From: a virus
Virus record (IMG/VR): IMGVR_UViG_3300021960_000062
Location: 2,939-66,938 of that record
Length of the DNA stretch: 64,000 nucleotides
Reading direction: 5' to 3' (one strand)
Below the pieces are notes generated by a model. It ran no database searches and was not told the DNA's origin. It saw only the letters and a program-made list of their open reading frames with translations. Positions 26,554 through 36,411 of this stretch are shown here, one piece after another. Position 1 is the stretch's first letter; each line of letters opens with the position of its first letter. Both the position numbers and the translations under genes were made by a program.

Positions 26554-27780
26554 ATGAAACTGAATCAATTAGAAAACATCGATAACCTAGATGAAGCACC
26601 ACAAGGGTTTTTAAAAAGAACAGCACTTAGAGCTAGATCAGCTTTTGGTGGAGATGGAGGTGCTTCTGCTAAAGGACAACTTCAAACAGGTGAAATTGCT
26701 AATATACTTAAAAAAGAATACATGCAGTTTGTAGGTCGTACTGCTGCAGAATATGGTAATAAACCTACTACACAAACACTACTCGCTTTCCTAAACAAAA
26801 AAGGCATCGATACTAGAGAAATTGCTGGTATGATTGACAAAGAGCTACAGGCTCTTGCGCCACAAAAACAAAACCAACCACAAGCAGAACCCGAAAAAGT
26901 TGAACCAGAAGTAGGTTCAGATTCTGAACTAGACAAACTTAAACCACAAAGCCCTACAGACGATAACAATCCATTAGCTATGAATAAAAAAGACGATGTG
27001 AATATCGATGTTCCTGTAACTATGAAAAGACAAAAGACAGGTGGTAGACAAAAAGGTGGTTTAGTTAATACACCAAGTGCTATCTATCAGCGTAATCGTA
27101 GAAAAAAAACCGGCGATCAATTAGAATTATTATCAATGTACAGTGAAGAGTCACAGCGTTATAGAAAAAACTTTGAACGCATTGATTGGACACTAAAAGA
27201 AGACGCAGAATATTTTGGCGCACTTAAATTTATGGGCGTGTTTGAAGCAGTTATTCCAACAAACGTACTAGACAAAGTATTAAGCCGAATATCAGTAAAC
27301 ATTGACAAGGATGATTTAGGCGGTTTAAAACCATCACCTGAACCAATAGCACAAAAACAAGATGAGCCCGACAGTGATGACAACACTGCTCAAACTGGGA
27401 CGGATGGATCACAAGAGAAAAAAAGCGGAGGCTTTTTAAAAGGCATTGGTACAGCAATTGGCGGTATTGCTAGTAAAGCCAAAGACGGTGTTCAATCAGG
27501 AATGGGTGATAACCCAGAAGATGCAAAAGCATCAAAGATTTTTGATCCTGATGAAAAAGAAAAAACAGTTGGTAGCTTAAACTATCAGAATATTGCTAAA
27601 GAATTTCCTGGTATCGATTCTACAGCACTTAGAAGAAGCATGTCTAAAAGTTTACAAGGAAAGCAGTTGACTAGAGTAGAACATGAAACTATGTCTGCGG
27701 CAATGACCCAACTTCTTAAGAAAGATCCCCAGCAAACAGTAAAAGTAATGAATTTGTTTAAGCAAACAAAAGCGGCTTAG
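26554..27780 (+). CDS. Hypothetical late protein, possibly an internal head protein
   Basis: 408-aa ORF with its own late promoter. N-terminal NLDE/A resembles a gp21 cleavage site, and it has low-complexity charged segments. Confidence 0.6.
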   Translation: MKLNQLENIDNLDEAPQGFLKRTALRARSAFGGDGGASAKGQLQTGEIANILKKEYMQFVGRTAAEYGNKPTTQTLLAFLNKKGIDTREIAGMIDKELQALAPQKQNQPQAEPEKVEPEVGSDSELDKLKPQSPTDDNNPLAMNKKDDVNIDVPVTMKRQKTGGRQKGGLVNTPSAIYQRNRRKKTGDQLELLSMYSEESQRYRKNFERIDWTLKEDAEYFGALKFMGVFEAVIPTNVLDKVLSRISVNIDKDDLGGLKPSPEPIAQKQDEPDSDDNTAQTGTDGSQEKKSGGFLKGIGTAIGGIASKAKDGVQSGMGDNPEDAKASKIFDPDEKEKTVGSLNYQNIAKEFPGIDSTALRRSMSKSLQGKQLTRVEHETMSAAMTQLLKKDPQQTVKVMNLFKQTKAA

Positions 27781-28013
27781 AAAAAAGGTAGACCACTTTC
27801 TTTTGTGGTTTCCATATTTTGTTTAACAATACTTACAATTATTTCACGTTCTTCGAAGCTAAGATTCATAGCTTCAGCATATGATAGCCCACCACGCATA
27901 TACCACACAGAGCGCATTGCTTCTGATTTAATATCTTTTGCCTGGTCGTCCATGGCTTTCGTTTCGGCAAGAATGTCGTTAATAGTTAACTTCGAAAGCC
28001 TTGTCCGAAAAAA
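27777..28013 (-). CDS. -1 frameshift extension of the upstream chaperone (gpT-like, 76 aa)
   Basis: The frame reading FFRTRLSKL...WYMRGGLSYAEAMNLS.EERE...GLPFF overlaps the 3' end of 27986..28972 exactly at the slippery heptamer. Confidence 0.7.
   Translation of the reverse strand, partial: FFRTRLSKLTINDILAETKAMDDQAKDIKSEAMRSVWYMRGGLSYAEAMNLSFEEREIIVSIVKQNMETTKESGLPFF
27954..28013 (-). promoter_or_regulatory. Programmed -1 ribosomal frameshift signal
   Basis: In-frame U_UUU_UUC (28013-28007), a 6-nt spacer, then a perfect 8-bp stem GGCTTTCG (28000-27993) / CGAAAGCC (27961-27954). Confidence 0.75.
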
Positions 28014-28972
28014 TCCGCTTGATCCAAGGTAAGTTTTACATCCCATTCATGATCACAATTTTCACCATCGCATGTAGTTTTGAAACTTGCCATACGACCG
28101 CTTTCTTGTGATTTATTAACAGAGTCATTAATTGCATTAAACACAGACTTGTCTGCTTTTTCTAAAAATTCTTTAATGTACTCTGGATTGTCAGTAGTAC
28201 CGGCAGAACTTTCAATTTTTACAACACACTGTACTGCTGTAGCAAGTGTAAGATCTGTAAGTTTAATAAAACTTTCATTGAACAATTTCATTTTTTGCTG
28301 ATCATCAATTTCATCATTATTGATGATTGAAAAAATTCTTTGATGTTCAAATGTTTTTAGTGCGGTGCCTGTAATTTCTTTGTAGGTCATCGGACGTAAA
28401 TGAACAAGCATATTATCGCCAACTTCAACTGTAGTTGCAAAAGAAGTAGAGTTTAATCCGTCAAGTATTCCTCTTAGATCAACACTCTTATCACTTTGAT
28501 GATTACACTTTGGACATGTTGCTGTGACATCCATGTCTACACCATAAGTTGCCATTCTAATTGCTGTAAGTACAGCGTCAACATCTAGACTTGGCATATC
28601 CCAAGCATTTTTGATAGATGGGATACAACTTTGAATTACTTCAATGATAGCAGATCCGTTCATTAACGCATCTGGTGTTTTGAATAACAGCTCGTCACGT
28701 GCTGTCATTGCGTAAACAGGATGTTCACCTGTTTGTGGTGTTTCTAAACTTCCTTGAGGCCAAAACTTGCCTTTGCTTGGAAGTGAAATGTGAATCTTTG
28801 GCTGTCTAAAGAAAGATGCCAAAGGGTTTCCTTGTGCTTGTGGTGCTTTTTCCACAACCGGAGCAGAAGCCAATGGCGCTTGTGGCACAGTATTCTGGCC
28901 TGCCTTGGCGGCTTGCTCTGCTTGTGCTTGCACGAATGCAGTCGGATCAAATTGATTGTTATTTTCAGCCAT
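27986..28972 (-). CDS. Baseplate hub / tail assembly chaperone, T4 gp26-like
   Basis: LPSKG, MTARDELLFK, LDVDAVLTAIR.ATYG, CPKC zinc ribbon and a second C-terminal Cys pair. Adjacent to the tape-measure-like genes. Confidence 0.7.
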   Translation of the reverse strand: MAENNNQFDPTAFVQAQAEQAAKAGQNTVPQAPLASAPVVEKAPQAQGNPLASFFRQPKIHISLPSKGKFWPQGSLETPQTGEHPVYAMTARDELLFKTPDALMNGSAIIEVIQSCIPSIKNAWDMPSLDVDAVLTAIRMATYGVDMDVTATCPKCNHQSDKSVDLRGILDGLNSTSFATTVEVGDNMLVHLRPMTYKEITGTALKTFEHQRIFSIINNDEIDDQQKMKLFNESFIKLTDLTLATAVQCVVKIESSAGTTDNPEYIKEFLEKADKSVFNAINDSVNKSQESGRMASFKTTCDGENCDHEWDVKLTLDQADFFGQGFRS

Positions 28973-28982
28973 TTTTTATTCC

Positions 28983-28990
28983 TATAAATA
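28983..28990 (+). promoter_or_regulatory. Late promoter TATAAATA for the tape-measure/portal unit
   Basis: Exact consensus in the intergenic region. Confidence 0.75.
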
Positions 28991-29004
28991 GTATTGTATA
29001 GAGA

Positions 29005-29012
29005 TATTTATA
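29005..29012 (-). promoter_or_regulatory. Late promoter TATAAATA for the chaperone gene
   Basis: Exact consensus on the minus strand, with SD AGGA before the ATG at 28972. Confidence 0.75.
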
Positions 29013-29049
29013 TGCGCAGATAACTGCTAGTTTTATTCTTGGATTCAAA

Positions 29050-31647
29050 ATGGCAAAAAATGTAGAATTTTATGGTGGACAATTAGACGGAGCAGTACTT
29101 CAAAACGCCGCTTCTGAAGAAACACTTAAACAATTGGTAAAAGCCATCGGTGGTGGCACCGGCGGTGGCGGAGGTTCTGGTATATTAGGCAGAACACCAA
29201 TGGGTATGGTTGCTGGAGGCGTTGTTGGTCTTTTAACTGGTGCTGTTAAAGGTACGGTTAACCAAATTGGTAATGTAACAGGTGCCGCTGGTACATTTGC
29301 TGGAATGTTGATCAAAGGTGAAGGCCGTATAAGTTCTTATACCAAAGTTCTTAACAATCAAGTTATATCACAGCTACCTATTTTTGGTAAAGTACTAGGC
29401 ACAGTAGGCGGAGCAGTATCCGGTTCTATTGAAGCATTTGAACAATGGAACAAATCTTTAATGTCCTTGACTTCTGTTGGGGCAACTTTTAATAACAGTA
29501 TACTTGAAATGATGAGTGCTTCTACTTTGACATACATGTCACTAGATGACTTTTCAAAAATGGTTGCTCAAAATAGTACAAAATTAAGAGCTTTTGGAGA
29601 AACTATAACACTTGGTACTCATGCTTTTGCTAAAGTATCAGATGCCGCACTTAATGGAAGTGGCCAAGCAAGAAGCAGTTTAATAAGTTTAGGTTATACT
29701 ATTCCTCAGATTAATCAGTCGTTGATTAACTTTATGGATCTAAACTATAGAGGATCAAGGATTAACGACTTTACAGCAAAAGGTGTTGCTGATTCGTTTG
29801 TTGGTTATCAATCACAATTACATACTCTTACTACATTAACTGGAAAAAGAGTAGATCAAATAGAAGCCGAACTTGCTAGTGCTAGTACCGATGCCGCTTA
29901 TCAGTTACAGATAGCAAAATATAGTAACGACAGTAGAACAGAAATGAGTCTACAATTAGCTAACTTTACACAAATTCACGGCGAGGCAGGAGCAAAATTA
30001 TTTAGAGCAAGAACATTAGGGCTAATGGCTCAGGGAGAAGATATTGCTACACTGCTGATGATGTATCCTAATCTAGTAAGTCAAATGGACAATGCTATTT
30101 ACATGGCAAAAAATAATGCTCAAAAAGGAGCGTTATTAGATGAAAGAATGATTGATACTAGAACAGAGCTAATTTACAATGCTTCAAAAGGTTTGAAAGA
30201 GTTTGATATACTATTAAAGGCAGCCGCTTCAGGCGATAAAGATCTACAAAGTCTTCTAGGACTAAATGCTGAAACTGCAGCTTTGGTTGCTAAACTAGGT
30301 GTAGGTACAACTATAAAAAATAAAGAACAACTTAGATCTGCGATAAAAAGAAATTATCTAGAAATGAAAGAAAAAGAAACGTTTACAGAAAGCATGAGAG
30401 CATTTCAACAGGCTATCATAGAGTTTAAACGTGGATTTTTTATGGCTTTGATAGGTACAAGAGAATCACCAGGTCCACTGTGGGAATTTTCCATAGCTAT
30501 GGAAGGCGAAGAACTGCCTAAAAAAATTAGAGAACTAGGTGTTTCAATGGGTCAGTTCGCTTATGACGCAGTTCCAAAAATGATAATGTTCTTTGCTAGA
30601 TTTGGAACAAAAGAAGGGCGAGATTTATATTGGTTAGAACTGAAAAAAGTTTTTGATAAAGCAAAAGCTATTTTAGCTTTTACATTTACTAATGCGATGT
30701 CTAAGGAAAAATTAGACCCAGGGATATTAGATAAAATGTTGACTCATGTCGATCAGAAATATGATCCTCAAATTAAAAAGGCACGAGATCTAGCTGATTA
30801 TGCTACTGTAAACATGATGGGAGGTGATAACGTACCAAAGTCCAACCAATTGTTTAAAAACTTCTCAGGCGGAGACAGTCAAAAAGAAAGAGCCTTGATG
30901 GTCTATACTGCGTTTATTAATCAAGGTGCGCCACCTAGTCTAGCCAAAGTTCTTACTGCTGAAGTGTTTAGAGAAAATAGTCTTAGATCTAATTTAATGC
31001 TAGGTCAGCATACAGATCCTAAAAACCAAGAAACTAACATCGGGATGTTCAGCTATCAAAAAGATAGAGCAAAAGCATTTAAAGAGTTTATGGGAGATGA
31101 TCTAAACTCCCCTCTATCTCAGGCACACATTAACAAACAAGCACAATTTGCCATGATGGAAATGCTTCAAATGCTTGGTCCGGACTTCTTGAAAACAGCA
31201 AGTGAAATGTCACAGGCTGAACTTCATCAAGTAATTGGCAACGAGTATATAAAATGGGCTATAAACAATCCTAAATACCGTGACAAAGGAATGCTAAATC
31301 TAGCAACAGGTCATAGAATCATTGATGAAGCGATTAAAGAGTATTCTCTAATACCAGAAGGACGCAGAAGCGGTAATCTAGGAACAATGAACACACTGCT
31401 TAATAACTTTGGTGGTGGAACTGAAATTGAAACACACGGAAATGAAGTTATTCAAACTGCTAGTGAATTTGTAAATGACATGACAATGTCTGCTAGTGAA
31501 TCTGGAGCGGCTGTGTCTGAATTAAATCAAAATTTAATGACATTGATTAGTTTATCAAAAGAACGAATTGAAGTAGCAAACAGACTTTTAGATAAATCTG
31601 CTAGAAAATCAAATAACTTGTTTGCTATAGCAGGAGCAGGAGCATAA
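29050..31647 (+). CDS. Tape-measure-like protein 1 with C-terminal phage tail lysozyme-like domain
   Basis: Ala/Gly-rich helical protein. The segment at about 30890-31330 (VFRENSL...IGMFSYQKDR...QAQFAMME) resembles Phage_lysozyme2. Confidence 0.65.
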   Translation: MAKNVEFYGGQLDGAVLQNAASEETLKQLVKAIGGGTGGGGGSGILGRTPMGMVAGGVVGLLTGAVKGTVNQIGNVTGAAGTFAGMLIKGEGRISSYTKVLNNQVISQLPIFGKVLGTVGGAVSGSIEAFEQWNKSLMSLTSVGATFNNSILEMMSASTLTYMSLDDFSKMVAQNSTKLRAFGETITLGTHAFAKVSDAALNGSGQARSSLISLGYTIPQINQSLINFMDLNYRGSRINDFTAKGVADSFVGYQSQLHTLTTLTGKRVDQIEAELASASTDAAYQLQIAKYSNDSRTEMSLQLANFTQIHGEAGAKLFRARTLGLMAQGEDIATLLMMYPNLVSQMDNAIYMAKNNAQKGALLDERMIDTRTELIYNASKGLKEFDILLKAAASGDKDLQSLLGLNAETAALVAKLGVGTTIKNKEQLRSAIKRNYLEMKEKETFTESMRAFQQAIIEFKRGFFMALIGTRESPGPLWEFSIAMEGEELPKKIRELGVSMGQFAYDAVPKMIMFFARFGTKEGRDLYWLELKKVFDKAKAILAFTFTNAMSKEKLDPGILDKMLTHVDQKYDPQIKKARDLADYATVNMMGGDNVPKSNQLFKNFSGGDSQKERALMVYTAFINQGAPPSLAKVLTAEVFRENSLRSNLMLGQHTDPKNQETNIGMFSYQKDRAKAFKEFMGDDLNSPLSQAHINKQAQFAMMEMLQMLGPDFLKTASEMSQAELHQVIGNEYIKWAINNPKYRDKGMLNLATGHRIIDEAIKEYSLIPEGRRSGNLGTMNTLLNNFGGGTEIETHGNEVIQTASEFVNDMTMSASESGAAVSELNQNLMTLISLSKERIEVANRLLDKSARKSNNLFAIAGAGA

Positions 31648-31648
31648 C

Positions 31649-34426
31649 ATGGCTGACTCAGTAAAGTTTATACATGATGCTCTAGGACAAAGCGAAATTC
31701 GCAACATGGCCACTGAAGCAACTTTAAAAGAGTTGCTAGAAGTAATTGGTGGTCCACAAGGTTCAAACAGATCAAGATCAAACAGTTTATATTCTTTAAA
31801 AAATGTTTTTACTGGATTTAAAAATAAAGCTCAACAACTAGAACGCGGAATGAAAAATGTTGTAAGACCATTTAGTGGTTTTATTTCATTACTTGCTAAA
31901 AATGAAACGGCAATGAGTGCTTTTGGTACTCATTTAAATGAATCAGTAATTAAAAAATTACCTTGGGTTGGAGGAATCATAGGTAGTTTAGGCGATGTTG
32001 TTATTTCAGGTGTGGGTGTTTTAGAAGGATGGGAAAGACAATCTAAAAAATTAGTTCCAGCAGGAGCTACATTTAATCAAAGTATTATTGAAATGGTTCA
32101 AGTAGCAAGTCAAGCAAGAATGGGTTTAGATGAGCTACAAAATGTAATTGGTGCTAATATTACTGAACTAAATGCGCTTGGAGCTACAACAAATTCAGGT
32201 ATTCGAAAGTTTGGAGAGTTTGCTGATTTTATTTCTACTGGTACTGAATCAGCAAGAACATCATTGCTTAAGATGGGCTATAATACAGAAGAAATTAATT
32301 CTGCAGCCATTAATTTTCTATACCTAACCCAAAGAGGTGCTAATAGAACACTTGAAATTAATAAAACTACTCAAAATGATTTTCTAGTATACACAAAAAC
32401 TGTAGATACATTCCAACGATTAATGGGAGACAGTTTACAAAGCAAAAACACTGGCGCTCAAAAAATTCTAAGAAATGCTATTGTAATGTTAGAAATGAAC
32501 AAATTAAGCCCACAACAAGCTGCAAAAATGGCCATGGCGGCACAGATGGCGGCACTAACATTTGATGAAGGAATCGCAGACGCTTTTAACGCAACACTAT
32601 TTGGCCTTGCTGTTACTAACGATGCTGGTTTTGCTTTTGAAAAAATGTTACCGGGTGTTAGAGATGCTCTTGATGCTTTGATGGCGGGTGCTAGAGATCC
32701 AGATGTGGGCATAGATGAATATAGAAATATGACCTTTGATTTATTTGGTAATATTATAGCAGGTGCTGACAATCAATTAAAAACACTGGATGGTTTAATT
32801 AGAGGTATGTCAGTTATGCCGGGAATGCATGCTAACGAATACGAAGCACTGCGAAGAGTATCTGAAATAGTTATTCAAAAAAATCTATCAGGCAAAACAC
32901 CTAAAGAACTATCAGATATGCTAAAAGACGCATATAAAAATTTAGAAAACACTGAAACTATCACAGAAGCAATACGTGCGATGTTAGAAGCAGTAACAAA
33001 TTTTAAAATGGGTTTTGTAAAAGGATTTACAGATCCTAACAGTGGATTAATATCAGTTTCAAAACAATTAGATGCTCAAGAACTTGGAAAGAAGTTTGCA
33101 AAACTAAGCACGATGTTAATTGAATTTTCAAAAACAGCATGGCAAGATCTTCAAGACTTTTGGAGTTATTTAGGTACTGGCGAAGGAAGAGCGCATATGA
33201 TTGAGTACTTCACATCTTGGGGGAAATTTGTTGCTGGACGAGCATATCTTTACGCAAAATCAGCCGCTTCAACAATACTTGGATTTGCCGTTAGGAGTTT
33301 ACCGGGCGGCGACACGACTATAGATTTCATAAAACAACTCGACGCTGGTATGAAAAGAACAATGGGGTTCGGCCTAGGGTTTTTATACTATTCTGATACT
33401 GAAGAAGATATGGAGTATGCTCAAAATATGTTTAATTTTGAAACTGGTACAGCAAAGCCTACACCAACAGTAGATCCATCAACTGCTTCTAACTATGGTG
33501 GCGGCAGCGCAGATATTAATAAAGCTCCTTTTTCTTCGACAATGCTTACAATGAACAAAACACAAGCTGAACAAATTGGTATGAAAGCTGGTACTTATTA
33601 TTATGATAAAAATTTAAAAGTATGGAGATCAAGGGCCAACTACGGACTGGCTAACGCCGAACCCGATCCTTTTGGCGGTATTCACCCCAGTTCGATTGCC
33701 ACCGCTAAAAATAATCCGGATGTTAGTTTGGCAAATTCAGCTCAGTTAACAAATCTATGGCAAAAAACTGCTACAGCGTCAGGAGACAATAGAAGAGGCC
33801 TAGTTACCGCTATAAGCGGTAAGTCAGCATTTATAAATCAAAAACACGTTGGTTTTTATGGAGAGATATTAAGATGGATGAACAAAAATGGGCTTACTGT
33901 TTCGGAGCTAATAGGCCAAAATGATTCACCTGGATACAAAGGCGGCCATGTTTTAAGAATTGCTACAAAAGACCAAGGTTCGGAATGGTTTGCCTCTCTG
34001 CATGAGGACCAGCGGAAACAATTGATACTTGTTTTGGCAAATAATGGTTACATTGATCCATCTGATTTATACACGGAAGACAAGCCTCAAACAAATGCTA
34101 TGCTAGATGCTTTAATGAGAGGAGAACTTAGTGCTGTAAACAATGTTAAAAATTTGGATTCAGTAAGTGGTTATAGAGCAGGAACATTAAATTCAACCCT
34201 AGAAGCATATGGCAGAAGTGTAGTGGACTTTGGAGCAAAATCTAGAATAAAAGTATCTGGTGATAGAGCAATTATGACAGAAGAACAGTATAACACTATC
34301 AAAGACAGGGCTCGCCAGATTCCTGCTGAAGATATGATTAAATCAGTAAATAGTACTGTTCAGGAAATGATAAGTTTAACAAGATACGAAATAGGTATTG
34401 AAAAGAAAATGTTAAGCGTTGCTTAA
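31649..34426 (+). CDS. Tape-measure-like protein 2 (paralog of 29050..31647)
   Basis: Shares NMATEATLKELL..IGG, GATFNQSIIEM, R.SL..MGY...IN and a C-terminal G.....FG block with the upstream gene. Confidence 0.6.
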   Translation: MADSVKFIHDALGQSEIRNMATEATLKELLEVIGGPQGSNRSRSNSLYSLKNVFTGFKNKAQQLERGMKNVVRPFSGFISLLAKNETAMSAFGTHLNESVIKKLPWVGGIIGSLGDVVISGVGVLEGWERQSKKLVPAGATFNQSIIEMVQVASQARMGLDELQNVIGANITELNALGATTNSGIRKFGEFADFISTGTESARTSLLKMGYNTEEINSAAINFLYLTQRGANRTLEINKTTQNDFLVYTKTVDTFQRLMGDSLQSKNTGAQKILRNAIVMLEMNKLSPQQAAKMAMAAQMAALTFDEGIADAFNATLFGLAVTNDAGFAFEKMLPGVRDALDALMAGARDPDVGIDEYRNMTFDLFGNIIAGADNQLKTLDGLIRGMSVMPGMHANEYEALRRVSEIVIQKNLSGKTPKELSDMLKDAYKNLENTETITEAIRAMLEAVTNFKMGFVKGFTDPNSGLISVSKQLDAQELGKKFAKLSTMLIEFSKTAWQDLQDFWSYLGTGEGRAHMIEYFTSWGKFVAGRAYLYAKSAASTILGFAVRSLPGGDTTIDFIKQLDAGMKRTMGFGLGFLYYSDTEEDMEYAQNMFNFETGTAKPTPTVDPSTASNYGGGSADINKAPFSSTMLTMNKTQAEQIGMKAGTYYYDKNLKVWRSRANYGLANAEPDPFGGIHPSSIATAKNNPDVSLANSAQLTNLWQKTATASGDNRRGLVTAISGKSAFINQKHVGFYGEILRWMNKNGLTVSELIGQNDSPGYKGGHVLRIATKDQGSEWFASLHEDQRKQLILVLANNGYIDPSDLYTEDKPQTNAMLDALMRGELSAVNNVKNLDSVSGYRAGTLNSTLEAYGRSVVDFGAKSRIKVSGDRAIMTEEQYNTIKDRARQIPAEDMIKSVNSTVQEMISLTRYEIGIEKKMLSVA

Positions 34427-34438
34427 TTGGAGAAGATT

Positions 34439-36151
34439 TTGAGTTGGAAAAAATATTTTACACCTGTACCAACAGGTAATTCGTCAGGAAGTTACAGCCC
34501 GATAGGAAATGGCAGTCAGCCAGGCCCGGCACGTAGCAATTATTCATCATTCTTACCAGATGTTTATGCTGGTACACCAAATCGTGTTGAACGATACATG
34601 CAGTATAACACGATGGATATGGACAGTGAGGTAAATGCCGCACTAGACATTTTAGCAGAATTTTGTACACAACAGAACAAAGAAAACAATACTACTTTCC
34701 AAATTTACTTCAAAAACGATCCAACTCAAACTGAAGTAAAACTATTAAAAGAAGGTCTTCAAAAGTGGTACAGATCAAATAAATTTGAAACACGTATGTT
34801 TAGAGTAGTAAGAAACTGCTTTAAATATGGCGACGAGTTTTTCCTAAGAGATCCCGAGACTGGAAAACTATTCCATATCGATCCATCAAAAGTTACAAAG
34901 ATTATTGTAAATGAATCTGAAGGTAAAAAGCCTGAACAGTATATTATCAAAGATTTAAATTTCAATTTTAGAAATCTTGTAGCAACTTCTATTCATCCTG
35001 ATAATCACAACTCACCTGCCGGTACTGGCAGTTATGTCAGTGGTGGTGCGCTTGGAAGAGGCATGGTTGGTTCTTCTCCACAGTCTACGGGATCTCGCTT
35101 TTCTACAGAACAAAATGAAACAGCAGTTGATGCTGAACACGTTGTTCATTTAAGTTTATCAGAAGGATTAGACAATAACTATCCTTTTGGTAATTCCTTA
35201 TTAGAGTCAGTTTTTAAAGTTTACAAACAAAAAGAATTGCTTGAAGATGCTATTATTATCTATCGTGTACAAAGAGCACCTGAGCGTAGAGTGTTTTATG
35301 TTGACGTTGGTAATATGCCAGCACACATGGCTATGAGCTTTGTTGAACGTGTTAAAAACGAAATTAATCAAAGACGTATTCCAAGTAATACAGGCGGTGG
35401 AGCAAATGTAATTGACGCTAGTTATAATCCACTTAGTATTTCAGAGGACTATTTCTTTCCACAAACTGCTGAAGGTAGAGGATCTAAAGTCGACACATTA
35501 CCGGGTGGTACTAACCTAGGTGAAATTGATGACCTACGTTACTTTACTAATAAACTTTTCCGTGCTTTGAGAATTCCAAGTTCTTATTTGCCAACTATGC
35601 CAGACGACAGTCCAGCACAGTTTAATGACGGTAAAGTTGGTACAGCGTACATACAAGAGTTACGTTTTAATGAGTATTGTAAAAGACTACAAAAACTTAT
35701 TATCACAGAACTTGACCACGAATTTAAACGTTATCTTATCAAACAAGGTGTTAACATTGACAATAGTTTGTTTGAAATTACGTTTAATGCTCCTCAAAAC
35801 TTTGCTTCTTATAGACAAGCAGAGCTAGATAATAACAGAGTACAAACATTTGCCGCACTACAAGAAGTTCCATACATGAGCAAACGCTTTGCTCTAAAAC
35901 GTTTCTTAGGTCTTTCACAAGAAGAAGTTACTGAAAACGAATTGATGTGGAAAGAAGAAAACGGTACTAAGATTGCTCAAGAAGCTGAAGCATCAGCACA
36001 GATGAGAAGTGTTGGTGTAAGTCCAAACGATATATCAGCAGAAGCAGGCGCACAAGAAACCGAAGCACCTGATGATATGGCGGCCGCGGCCGCAGGTGAT
36101 ACACCTGATGTATCAGCAACCGATACACCTGATACAGGCGCAGGAGTATAA
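34439..36151 (+). CDS. gp20: Portal vertex protein (probable TTG start at 34439, MSWKKYF)
   Basis: LLEDAIIIYRVQRAPERRVFYVDVGNMP, EDYFFP..AEGRGSKVDTLPGGTNLGEIDDLRYF and ELRF motifs. SD GGAG precedes the TTG. Confidence 0.95.
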   Translation: MSWKKYFTPVPTGNSSGSYSPIGNGSQPGPARSNYSSFLPDVYAGTPNRVERYMQYNTMDMDSEVNAALDILAEFCTQQNKENNTTFQIYFKNDPTQTEVKLLKEGLQKWYRSNKFETRMFRVVRNCFKYGDEFFLRDPETGKLFHIDPSKVTKIIVNESEGKKPEQYIIKDLNFNFRNLVATSIHPDNHNSPAGTGSYVSGGALGRGMVGSSPQSTGSRFSTEQNETAVDAEHVVHLSLSEGLDNNYPFGNSLLESVFKVYKQKELLEDAIIIYRVQRAPERRVFYVDVGNMPAHMAMSFVERVKNEINQRRIPSNTGGGANVIDASYNPLSISEDYFFPQTAEGRGSKVDTLPGGTNLGEIDDLRYFTNKLFRALRIPSSYLPTMPDDSPAQFNDGKVGTAYIQELRFNEYCKRLQKLIITELDHEFKRYLIKQGVNIDNSLFEITFNAPQNFASYRQAELDNNRVQTFAALQEVPYMSKRFALKRFLGLSQEEVTENELMWKEENGTKIAQEAEASAQMRSVGVSPNDISAEAGAQETEAPDDMAAAAAGDTPDVSATDTPDTGAGV

Positions 36152-36154
36152 ATA
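36147..36154 (+). promoter_or_regulatory. Late promoter TATAAATA (probably gives a leaderless mRNA)
   Basis: Exact consensus overlapping the portal stop, 5 nt before the ATG at 36160. Confidence 0.7.
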
Positions 36155-36159
36155 GTACT

Positions 36160-36411
36160 ATGAACTTGATGGAATTCTTTTATTTTGACGATAAGAAAAT
36201 GGATTACGCTAATGATGAGCGTTATTCAAATGAGCGCGACATTAACGTTGTTGAAAAAAACGACTCAAGAAAAGTGCGCCTAACACTTCGTCAAATCAAT
36301 CAACTTCGCAAAAACAGCGAAGCACACGAGTTTGAAAAAGCGGCCGAACTAGAATTTATACAGGGTATGTATGGACAACCAACCGCAGAAGAACTCGCCG
36401 CACAACAATAA
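36160..36411 (+). CDS. Small hypothetical head-module protein
   Basis: 83-aa ORF directly after a late promoter, with an RKVRLTLRQINQLRK motif. Confidence 0.7.
   Translation: MNLMEFFYFDDKKMDYANDERYSNERDINVVEKNDSRKVRLTLRQINQLRKNSEAHEFEKAAELEFIQGMYGQPTAEELAAQQ

Noticed and set aside
28014-28046. Independent start (MGCKTYLG) for the 89-aa ORF
   Set aside because: There is no SD, and the frameshift signal explains the overlap better.
34427-34438. Portal start at 34427 as in the ORF track
   Set aside because: This segment contains the SD (GGAG). The TTG at 34439 has proper spacing and gives MSWKKYF.
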